Positions 53,113-64,000 of a DNA stretch of 64,000 nt are shown piece by piece. The notes under the pieces were generated by a model. It did no database searches and was not told the DNA's origin. It saw only the letters and a program-made list of their open reading frames with translations. Positions within the stretch are counted from its first letter, which is position 1, and the number at the start of each line of letters is the position of its first letter. Location of the stretch: positions 113,894,001 to 113,958,000 of the forward strand of contig NC_043001.1 of assembly GCF_006345805.1 (NCBI RefSeq), read 5' to 3'. Both the position numbers and the translations under genes were made by a program. The DNA is from Octopus sinensis (lineage: Eukaryota).

Positions 53113-54228
53113 GAACTTATCCACCACACGCCCTTGGCATTATATGGCATTATATTTTAAACTGGAATTGTCCCTTAAATTTCTTATTGATATCGTCAAA
53201 TAATTTTACAATAACGTTAAGATATCTTTTGGATAGGAAAATTGCGGAAATATGATAATAAAACGAGACAGAACGGCAAGTGAACCAGGTCGTTTGTTTC
53301 AACCTGGCTCCCTCAGGGCGGGTGAGATAGAGGAGCTGGACACAAATACTGAACTTATATGAGAGTAAAACTCCTTGTTTGGAAACCGCTGGTAGGAATG
53401 AAAATATAATACTCTGATATTGACGATTTTGAACAAACATCTACTAGCAAGAATTCTATTCGTACGACCAACATACTTACAGCACCGGTTACACCTGATC
53501 TAGATTCCTTAAACCGTAATACAAAAAATTTACCTAAATATTTCTAACGACAGGAGCACAAATGACAGGTGCATATTGAGCGTGAAAGAACTATTTAATA
53601 AGTCTGTTACAAATATTGCCCACACCTATCTAAGCCAGAAGAAAGACTTCTTGATGCACTGTTGATTAAGATCGAGAAACAGCTAGCAAATCGATTATCC
53701 CCATAGCAACAACATTCTCGAAAGAAATCGGATTAGGTTTTGAACAACTAAAGTCTAAACCTAAATCGGCAGTAAAATTCCAACAAAACTGAAACGTAAA
53801 TAGACTCAATAATAACAATAAAGAATAATGTTTTTAAATAATTCTTCTGCAACGTCGATGCCTACGTACATATAAAATAACTGCCAGTTGTCTATACGAA
53901 CAAATCTAAGATTGAATTGATGTAACATGTAGCATAATTCACTTTACAAGAATAGGCGTCCACTGCTAGAATTTTAGATGGTAATATGCATATTTTCTTC
54001 AATACACGTGACAAATGCTGCCTGCATAATGAATTACTGTAAGATTACACTACATTATACTGGGATGCTCTGCAACTCCACAAAAATAAACGTAGAGAAA
54101 AATAACGCAGCGAAGTTTTTTAAATACGATTTACAACCGATTTAAATGTCTTTGAGAACGTGCTCGGCGATATTCATAGGAACTGTAACCCGTCTCTGTC
54201 AAATTATAGCGCATAGTATACGTCATGT

Positions 54229-54616
54229 GTGGAGGCGCAATGACCCAGTGGTTAGGGCAGCGGACTCGTGGTCGAAGGATCGTGGTTTCGATTCCCAGAC
54301 CGGACGTTGTGAGTGTTTATTGAGCGAAAACACCTAAAAGCTCCACGAGGCTCCGGCAGGGGATGGTGGTGATCCCTGCTGTACTCTTTCACCACAACTT
54401 TCTCTCACTCTTACTTCCTGTTTCTGTTGTACCTATATTTCAAAGGACCGACCTTGTCACTCTCTGTGTCACGCTGAATATCCCCGAGAACTACGTTAAG
54501 GGTACACGTGTCTGTGGAGTGCTCAGCCACTTACACGTTAATTTCACGAGCAGGCTGTTCCGTTGATCGGATCAACCGGAACTCTCATCGTCGTTACCGA
54601 CGGAATGCTTCCATCC
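54229..54616 (+). mobile_element. SINE family B, full length
   Basis: 11-bp TSD ATACGTCATGT at 54218 and 54617. Confidence 0.93.
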
Positions 54617-54925
54617 ATACGTCATGTCAGTTTTCCCGAAAAAAATATTGTATTATAAATTAATAGAATGGCTGTGCCGTTAAATGACCGCTGTACCATC
54701 AAGTGGTTTCGGTTCAGTTTTTCTGCGCTGCAGCTTGGGCAGATGTCTTCTGCTATTGCCCCGGTGCTTACTAATGATTAATTGAATTGCATAACTTAAA
54801 AGTAACTTTGTATACGAACAATCAGCTGTGCTTGTTTTAATGGCCTATCATTATTTACATTGAGTTTCGAGGTGTCTGGAAGGCACTCGATAAGAAATAG
54901 AAGCAGAATTGAAAAAGAGAAGCTA

Positions 54926-54975
<50 letters not shown>

Positions 54976-55029
54976 ATGATGGTCATGATGATGACGAGGA
55001 GGAGGAGGATGATATTGATGGCGATATGA

Positions 55030-55219
55030 GAGAATAGTTAACATACCGGGAAAATGCTTTGCGCAATTTGACCCACTTTTACGTTCTATTTTCAAATCCC
55101 GCCGAGGCCGATTTTGCCTTTCAGTGTCGTTAATATAAGTATCAGTTGAGGACTGGAGTCTCTTACATCAACTTACCTGTTCCACCGAAATTCCTAGCCT
55201 TATGCTATAATGTGGATCC

Positions 55220-55220
<1 letters not shown>
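55030..55220 (+). mobile_element. diverged old-tail SINE A whose (AAT)n tail hosts the next insertion
   Basis: TTTTACGTTCTATTTTCAAATCCCGCCGAGGCCGATTTTGCCTTTC...CCGAAATTCCTAGCCTTATGC. Confidence 0.6.
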
Positions 55221-55272
<52 letters not shown>

Positions 55273-55292
55273 TAAAAATAATAATAATAATA

Positions 55293-55818
55293 ATTGGAAG
55301 TGTTATCATGTACATTTGGAAGTGTCATCATGTATATTGTTTTGTCTTGGTATAAAAGATGGGCTACAGCAAATATTCTGCTCAATACCACAGATTTGCT
55401 TGTCAGTTGTTTGACCGTAACCAGTTGAGCATGTCCCTTAGTGGCTGACGATATGTGCATCTCTGATCACGAGCAGAAGTAGTGGGGGAGCATCATAGCC
55501 ATGTGTTGAGAGGGATTCTTTGGGGTTTGAATAATTCACCTCTGGAAACATGGGTGGTTCTTTCAACATCCTTAAACAACCCTTATTCAGGGACCGTTTG
55601 AGCGGGATGGTTTACTCGATCTGAAGAAAATTCTAACTGGGCTCCACCTGCAAGGTCATGTGCTGTTTATCTTGATATGAGATCACCATGTCGCGCACAT
55701 ATGGTTGTGATGCATGTGCCTGGTGTACCCTTATCAGACGGGTAGTCATGATGGGTATACTGGGCTTCGTATATTTTACCCCAGTATCACTTTGATGGCA
55801 TGCTCTGCTCGCTCACTC
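55293..55818 (+). mobile_element. (TAA)n-inserted non-coding repeat, copy 2 (5'-truncated)
   Basis: Aligns with 38179-38682; ~22-bp tandem duplication at the 5' junction. Confidence 0.85.
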
Positions 55819-55874
<56 letters not shown>

Positions 55875-55889
55875 CAACAACAACAATAA

Positions 55890-56630
55890 TATCTGGATTG
55901 CAAGAGAAAGTTTTGCATGGTTGATGGGTAGATATTGCAGAAAATACTAATAGTGAGATATTGTTGTATTTACAGAAAGGAAGGCTGAAAACGGAAGCAG
56001 AATGATTTTTAGTTGTAGCACAGGATCAGGCATACAGGACTAATTTTATAAAAGCCAAGTTACACAAGTATTAGGTAGAGTCCCGATGTAGGTTATGTAA
56101 ATCAAAAGAAGAAAGTGTTACTCATATAGAAAGTGAATGTAATATGCTGGTACGAGAAAATCATGACAACCGGAGGAAAATATTCCACTGGATGTTATAC
56201 AGAAATATAGTATTTGTCTATACTCATAAGTGCTATGAACATGAACCTAATACGTTGCTAGAAAGCAAGAAACATAAAATATGGGACTTTAACATTTAGA
56301 CGGACAGAGTAATAGAAGATAGAAGTCCTCATTTAGTAGGGATACACTGACAAATAATTGATTTTGCAGTCCCAAATGATTAGAAAATTAACATGAATGT
56401 TATACAGAAAATAGCAAACAAGACATTGAATTTCACATTGAATTTCACAGGCTATAGAAATTGTGGGTAAAATGTATCCCAGTAGTTATAGGTTCATTAG
56501 GAACTATCCCTAAAGATTTGAAAAGATGGATAGAGGAAATAGTCATGTAATCCAGTAAATAGTATATAATTAGGGACTGCTGAGATAATGAGGAAGTTCT
56601 TGGCATCTAAGGTTACAAGTAGCCTGATAT
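55890..56630 (+). mobile_element. degenerate R4/Dong-like LINE C-terminal region (CCHC + RLE)
   Basis: LQEKVLHG...LKTEAE*FLVVAQDQAYRTN...CRLCKSKEESVTHIESEC...YEHEP...IWDFNI*TDRVIEDRSP...IDFAVPND...IPVVIGSLGTIPKDL...LGTAEIMRKFL, with frameshifts. Confidence 0.85.
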
Positions 56631-56699
56631 TAGGAATATTTTCCCAACAGTCTAATCTGTTGTGCGCCTGGTGGACAAGGTGTACCACATGTGCTATAT

Positions 56700-56965
56700 A
56701 ATTGGTGTTGCATACCTATTTGCCCCATAAATAGTCAAGAGGGAAGGCGAAAAACTAGACCTGTACAATGCACAATAAGTATGACATAGCCCGGCTATGG
56801 AAAATAAAGTTGAAGATAGTGCCAGTTGTTTTTGAGTCAGTGGGGACAGTATCAGAAGGCACGAAGAGGAATATACATCAAATCGATATGAAGTACCCAG
56901 TAGAGCTGTTACACACAACTTGCTTCTTATGGCACGGCCAGCATAATCAGGAAAATATTAGATAG
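56700..56965 (+). mobile_element. second R4/Dong-like RLE C-terminal fragment
   Basis: KYDIARLWKIKLKIVPVVFESVGTVS...YPVELLHTTCFL..(frameshift)..IIRKILD. Confidence 0.7.
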
Positions 56966-57461
56966 TTAAAAAGAATAGATAAGATATCGTATGCTCCAGG
57001 TACAAAGCCCGCAGAGGAGTTCCTACAAAACCTGAATTAGAAAAAGCAACACAACAACCACAACAACAATAGTAAAAACAATGATAAATTAATTAATTAA
57101 GGAAAACTAGAACTAGCTTTAGCTGAAAATCACAATAATAACAATGCTATGCATTGTTCATCTCATTGCAGCTATTACCACCATATTTTTTCATTGTTAT
57201 AATAAATATAGTTATAATTACAGTGTTGCTGACTTTGAGCGAAAATTGCGTGCGGCAGGTGCAAGAATTCGAGTTTCTGAAGTCCACAATACTCCCAAGA
57301 TACTTGAACAGATAAATTCATGAAATTGTGAAGATATAACAATTATCTTCTCTGTACGCTTTGTCCACCGCACATAATATTTTCTCCAATGCAGACAATA
57401 AAAATATGAACATTATTATTTTCTTTATGTTTAATGAAATGAAAAAGTAAATTGCACATGG

Positions 57462-57520
57462 CGCTTTTCTCTCTTTAACTCTCTGTACTTGCTTACTTTT
57501 CTACCTTTCTGCAGGTATGA
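57462..57520 (+). promoter_or_regulatory. strong 3' splice site immediately followed by a 5' splice site (AG|GT)
   Basis: ~50-nt pyrimidine tract with TTTAAC, ending TTTTCTACCTTTCTGCAG|GTATGA. Confidence 0.35.
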
Positions 57521-57744
57521 TTACTAAATATTCTACATAGCTGTTTTAACAGAAAGATCTTTACGCACACATTCATTATATATGTGTGTGTGTTTCTGTG
57601 TGTAGTTGAATATGTTTGTGCGTGTGTAAATGTGCGTGTGCGAGTCTGTGTGCACTTCACGAGGCTATAGAGTCATTCATATTGCTAGAAACAAAGAATC
57701 ATATCACTCTCTATCATATTAAATGCAAATCACACATCGAAAAA

Positions 57745-57991
<247 letters not shown>

Positions 57992-59238
57992 AGATGATAC
58001 AGATGGACCATTTTTATCATGAATTTACGTAATGAAGTTACATGTGCGATAAACAAGAACTCTTGCCACAACGGCTGCAAACAAACAACAACCACGAAAA
58101 AATATATCACAGTACGATATATTGATATCAAAAATAAATCATTCTCATTGGTTATTAGTTTTATTCGCCCCTTGTGTCCAATAAAAATATGAATTAGTGT
58201 ACAATAAGGCTGAGTTCTAGCGACTTAGGAAACCATAAACTGTTTGTGTTACGTGGCTTTGAAATTTTACCCTGCGCACGAGTTTGTGTTCATTCCTTCT
58301 TCTAGAGTCGGGAAAATACAGCTCTAGTCTCTTAGTAAGTCGATGTATTATGTGGTATTGATCTAGCATTTTCATCTTCCCATTATAATCTAGGGAAAAT
58401 ATAAAGAAATCTCAATTCATGTCTAAATTTCACATTAATCTTTCACTATACATACTTTCATTCTGCATTCTTTCAGTTAACCATCCAGTTATTCTCCATC
58501 TATACACACATAAATACACACATAGATACAGACATACGCAGAAACATACATAGAAATCTGCACATATATTAATTCCAAAGAGTATTCATATACACACATA
58601 CATGCAAATATACCCTGTTAATGCTGTTTAAAGTGCAATGAAGGAGCCTTGAATCTAGGTTAGATAACGGCTCCCTCTCTATTGGCAAGACATCTTAGAA
58701 TGAAACTGAATAATGTCATACATACATGCAGTATGTGTGTATGTGTGTGTGTTTATACATAACTTGTACATTAAGCTGACATGAAGATGTGACTATTTAT
58801 GAACAACTTCTCCGAAACCTGCAACGCTTCTTCTCTGATAATATGTCCTTACCTATGTTATCTTAATAAATGTCTATGTGACAATCTGAATGAGCTAGTA
58901 TGTTTAAGGGAAGAATGAGAGCGACTGATATGCATTTTATAGTGTCACAGTCAGTGAATGGCACAGTAAACCATGCATGACATTCCTAAAGACCAACATG
59001 TAACAATTATCTTTGTTATTATTAAACTTCCAGCGGTAAAGCTTCTGCTTTCTTTCCTAGAAACCATCCCTGTCCTTCCTGGAAGGACAGGGCTGAGTGA
59101 AAAGGTGAAGACACATACATTCAAACATTTATACATACATACATACATACATACATACATACATACATACATACATACAAACAAACATACATACATACGT
59201 ACATACTTTTTTTTCTCTCATTGTTTCTTTTCTGTGTA

Positions 59239-59276
59239 TCTTTCTGTTGAAGAGCGTAGGCTCGAAACGTAAAAGA
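59239..59276 (+). ncRNA. minimal hammerhead-like motif, core variant
   Basis: TCTTT-CTGTTGA-A-GAGC GTAG GCTC-GAAA-CG-TA-AAAGA: stems I and II perfect, 2-nt palindromic stem III, A6 replaced by U. Confidence 0.45.
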
Positions 59277-61029
59277 CTTGTTCTATTTATATTCCTGAGC
59301 GCCATACTAATACAAATGTTTGTTTGTATTCCACCTGCCTTCGTCTTTTGTTTATTTTCATAAAGCTTCCCGTCATACGTACATATAGATATATATGTAC
59401 TTTTGTTTTTTGTGTCTGCTGTTAATGCATTACATTGAATCCACGATAGTTCCAAGGAAGGGAGACACAATGATATTCAGGTTGCCTTTCGTGGTAGTCA
59501 AGAAACCGAACCATGTTGGCTTGGTATCAAGCGATATATAATATAACCATTGTTTTGTGTTCCTGAAAGAGGCAACATGGATTTCGTGTTTATAATATTT
59601 TCTCTCCTTCATTATAGTTGTTGAATGGTTCATAATAAGATATTTTAGGGTATGACATATGTCGCAGTGCTTTCAATATCTTTTTGAATATGTGACAGTA
59701 TCTAGAATAAACAATGTGATGCGTTGTTTCTGCCAGATTTACTTTCAGAGTGATGTAATATTTTAACCGTAGTAGTGTTTCAAAAGCTCATGTGCTGATA
59801 TCACGTGTTACAGTTGCTGAAAGGTTTAGGAACGACTCGATTTACATATGCGTTGAAACCATCGGGAAGAGATTTATTTATTCACGACTATTTCTGCACA
59901 CTCTTAAAATATGAAAAAAAAATATTATTGAAAATAACCGATTTATATATGTCTTTTACACTAAACATATTTCGTGTTTTGAAACAAAATGGCGAATTAA
60001 AACACTTCATGCAACAATGGCGGTATTAATGTCAATACTTCAATATATTTAAGTTTCATTTTGATTCTGGAAATCTACTTACATTTGAATAACAAGAAGG
60101 TGACGAATTTCAGTCGTAAATAAGGATGTGATATAGAATAAATGAAACTTGTGAAGAATCCCACAAAGATATAAATTTTATGTACATAATATAAAACAAA
60201 CACGCTAACGTATACACCAAAATCGAATAATTTACATAAACAAACCCTACAGAAGCTAACATGCTGTTTATATTTAAACGTACATGTACGTGAACATACA
60301 TAGACACACGTATATATGCACGTATATACGTGAGCATACATACACACACGTATAAAAAGGAATGACGGTATGTCAAATGACAGAAGTTAATTCCTAGATT
60401 TACTGAAATTATTGCGCCTTCGAGATAAGAAAGAATGCGTTGTAGCACTTGCAATCAACTCGAAATCAGATGGTTGGAAGGATCTCGAAGCGTAAAAGTT
60501 ATTCTAAATTGACGTTCCATTCAGAAAATGTTTGTCTGACAGCCTGGAGACAACAGCACAGATGAGGGGACGTGTTTCTGACTCAATATGTGTTATTAGC
60601 ACAGCTGTCGCCCTACTAAATGAAATACATATATATGAAAAGAATGGAGTACATTTATTCCGTTGGTTAACTTGAACAATAGACAAAAATAAGAGGCAAA
60701 AGTGGGATAACAGAAATAATTCAGGGATACCAGTAGCATGAATATGGATGTCAGTAGCATGAAAGGAGTACTGGTATATTATAACTCAAACGGGGTGAAT
60801 TCATAATTTAGTGAGAATAAAAAAAAACTTGTATCTGTGTATGTATGTTTATATGCATACACACATTCATATTTTGTAAACACACACACATACACATAAC
60901 ACACACACAAACAAACACACACACGCAAGCGAACTTTAGGTTAGTTATATGTTTGTGATATGTTACAACTTCAAAAGGCAAATTCACTGGAGTAACCATG
61001 GGAAAAATATTTTGTCTTATAATAACACT

Positions 61030-61330
61030 ATATCTGCCCAGTATTACCCACTATCGGATTCTCAGACGCAGCGATGGGAAATACCGAAGTGAGGTACTTC
61101 TGGGCATATCTAAAGTCGTAACTTTAACTATATCACTGTTAACAACACTGACTCACCTGTGCTATTAGACATCTACGTCGGAAGAAATTCAGCGGTATCA
61201 ACTCTCTTATGGTAACAGGCGTATAAGCGTCATATCTGCCCTGTGTTGCCCCCTGCCGGATAGCTCTTTAACCGCTCTCAACGGCAAATACCGAAGATAG
61301 ATAACTCTGCGCACACTAAAAGCCGTAACT
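61030..61330. repeat. diverged ~95-bp direct repeat (61030-61123, 61232-61330)
   Basis: Shared blocks ATATCTGCCC..., AAATACCGAAG..., AAAG(T/C)CGTAACT. Confidence 0.65.
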
Positions 61331-63959
61331 GCGCCGGCAATATCAAATGAAATGGGTTGGGGAGAACTACTATGCAGTACAAATATTTGATCCCTAATAG
61401 ATTAATCATCCGTAAAATTTATTCAGCAAGAAGTCACGGAGCACTAAACTCTCATTTACCAATGTATATACATATATACATCTATATAAGTGTGCTTGAC
61501 AGTGGCAATGAAACTGTGAGAGATAGAGAGGGAGAAAAAGAGGGGGAGAGAGAGGGAAGGAAAAGGGGTGGGTATTTGTGTACGTGTGTATCCTGTGAAT
61601 GCACCGTGCTCGTGAAATCCTCTGAAACTAAATATTCATCCGCTTATATTACCTAAATTCAACCATATTTTCTAATTGTATTGTATGAGTATATTTTACT
61701 AGTTGGCTGTATTTCAGAAATCTCCATTTAAATATTTTAATTAGTTAATTGTCTTCATGAAAAAAACTCGTTTCTTCTCTGTCCACCTAATGAGTAACTG
61801 GTATTTTACTGCACATTTTACTCAGCTTATATTTCTAAAAAATTTTTCTTCGGTTTTAGTTTTTTAATCTCACGTATGCAGCATCCTAACACTAGATAAG
61901 ATATCGCTTACAAATGCATTTCCGGAACTGACAGATGTTGCTTCTAGCTTACTCTATACGCTCATTCTTTATTTTCTTTCTCCCCTCTGCCTGTTTCTCT
62001 GTCTGTCTGTCTTTACCCATCACCCTCTATTGTCTTCTTATTGTCATCACAATTCTGGTCTTCACGCTTCTGTTTTTTTCTTTCTTAATTATCAATTATA
62101 TTCTAGCTCTTCCACGTCAGTCAATCAAAGACAGTTATATTGGATACGCACACCTACATGCATAAACAGATTCATAGGTGCATATAGGCACATATAATAA
62201 TTCATCCCCCACATTCATACCAACACACAATAACTTGTATACATACATACATGCGTATGAATTCTGTCAAATTTGCCTAGTGGAAAACATGCAGCTCTAA
62301 TTCTATATCCACGCATGCAAAAATATACAAGGTACTCCCAAGTAATGAATCTCTTGCTTGTTTACTTGTTCTGCACCAATAACAACATTGCTTGGTTGCA
62401 GACAGATTAGCTGAGGACTGTCGTCTATTCTTAATCAGAAGGACTGTAGACTGAGTCTCCTATTTACAAATATCTGAATTGTGGACAATGTCAATGAAAA
62501 GGTAATTGCTTTTCAAAGATCTAACACTCCAGTGGTGAAATACTAACGCTTCAGCTGTCGTAATCTGAAACCTCGATAGTTTGTTTTTATTAATTAATCA
62601 CTGTAGTGACAATGTATGTTCAATTCGTTTTGGTTGGATATTGACGTCTGTTTAAGTCGGTGAGTGAGGACCTATATCTAGTATTTTAAATTCTGCGAAA
62701 GCAACATTGTACTGCGTAGTGCCAGGTCTGAGAATGCATAGAGATGTTTCTTGAATGAGAAAAATGCGTATCAGGTGGACTTAGGTGTAGTAGAGGTATT
62801 GCAGTGATGCAGGGGATACGGAAGGAAAATAACAAAACATTGAGACCATTTGTGTAGCTGCTGGTTGCAGTGTCTTTCTGAAAATGTGTGTAACTACAGC
62901 ACTCTCCCATCCATATACAAGGGCATTTCACCTAACTGCATCACGTTTTTCAATGCAGGGTGTCAACAAACAAAGGGGTTAAATGTATGTTTTATTTGCA
63001 TCAAATAAGAATCTTTGTCTTTCGGATGCAGGTTTCTCTGCAGCGTTAGATTTTTCAGTTTGACACGAGATATTATGAGATAATCTAATGTCTAGCATTT
63101 CTATTAACTTTCAGGGATATCTTTGCGTGTCATTCACTGATGGGTGCAGCGATTATACCTTTGTATAAGAGATTGCGGAAGGGAAATAAATTACTGTTGG
63201 TTGATTTGGTAGGGAAATTTCCGGCGTTGTTGGCTATTGTTACTTCTTTAGAGGGAGATACTATAGAGGCTTTAATAATGAGACCACAAAACAGCGAAAC
63301 AACTGAGATATGTGAAGCGTGAGAATGGCACCCGTCTGCGAAGAGTTAAGATTAACACTAGAAAGAAAACAGCAGGATGCGGTTTGATCTCTCACGCACA
63401 AGTTTTGAAGGGTCTGCAAAAGGTCACATGTGCTGCTCTTCCTTCTCTCACCAAAGCATACAAATAAAAATTCCGCCAACTTTTGATATGGCTATCGCTT
63501 TTCGAAATGTAAGCCAAGGATTATTTGCTGAAGTGAAAAAATCAATAGAAATATAGATTTAACAAGCAGTAAATTGCCAAATATATAAACTAAATAAAAG
63601 AAAGAATATTACGAATATTAAAGATAACTCAATAAATGTGTACATAAATACGAGAAAAAAAATCCGCCATGTTTTGCAACTGTTGTTGTTAGTAGAAATG
63701 TTAGTAGAAATAATTAGATAGTTGTTTATGTGACATGAGAGTTCCATTCACGACGTCAAGCGTAGATGGAGCATAGTGTAATATTTCAATACGAATAAAT
63801 GGCTGCCGTATAGCATTGCTCGCCGAGGCTTCTCCACTACAGGCGGCAAACGTTATAAAATGTATGTGTGTGTGTACATGCACATACACACGCATGCACG
63901 CGAACATGTTTGTATGTATATATATTTCTCTATCTCTCTCACCCGATCTGTGTCTCTTA

Positions 63960-63993
<34 letters not shown>

Positions 63994-64000
63994 ATATATA

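Noticed and set aside
52661-53203. 180-aa R/K/E-rich protamine-like ORF
   Set aside because: It is almost entirely the GAA/GGA tract; the flanks show no gene structure.
54229-54305. tRNA gene
   Set aside because: The tRNA-like sequence is the head of a SINE with a body, tail and TSD; the same applies to the other copies.
58630-58715. Possible additional hammerhead or Penelope end
   Set aside because: Both core boxes are too degenerate to support.
63115-63322. Acceptor plus 60-aa ORF
   Set aside because: No recognisable homology or donor; length is compatible with chance.

Overview
AT-rich, microsatellite-saturated eukaryotic DNA with no intact protein-coding gene that I can support. The repeat inventory (tRNA-headed SINEs resembling the octopus OR/OK families as I recall them, Meta/MESC-domain SINEs, R4/Dong-like LINE relics in (TAA)n tracts) suggests an intronic or intergenic stretch of an octopus (coleoid cephalopod) genome; this is an inference. 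Nearly all long ORFs in the track are translated microsatellites. Recognisable content: at least 4 SINE families (about 30 copies, several with clean TSDs), restriction-like-endonuclease LINE fragments, a CR1/L2 3' end, a Helitron relic with a PIF1 fragment, a fold-back mariner derivative, two MITEs, Penelope-type minimal hammerhead-like motifs, and a few candidate splice features (a 99-nt exon-like island at 43263-43361 and an AG|GT recursive-splice-like site at 57514/57515). The most notable signals are: (i) a SINE whose 3' end joins the same position in the tRNA-like head of its own family at three separate junctions; (ii) a non-coding ~550-bp element found twice inside (TAA)n tracts next to Dong-like relics; (iii) a 211-bp duplication flanking a Dong-like 3' fragment. 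Family names come from motif recognition, not database searches.
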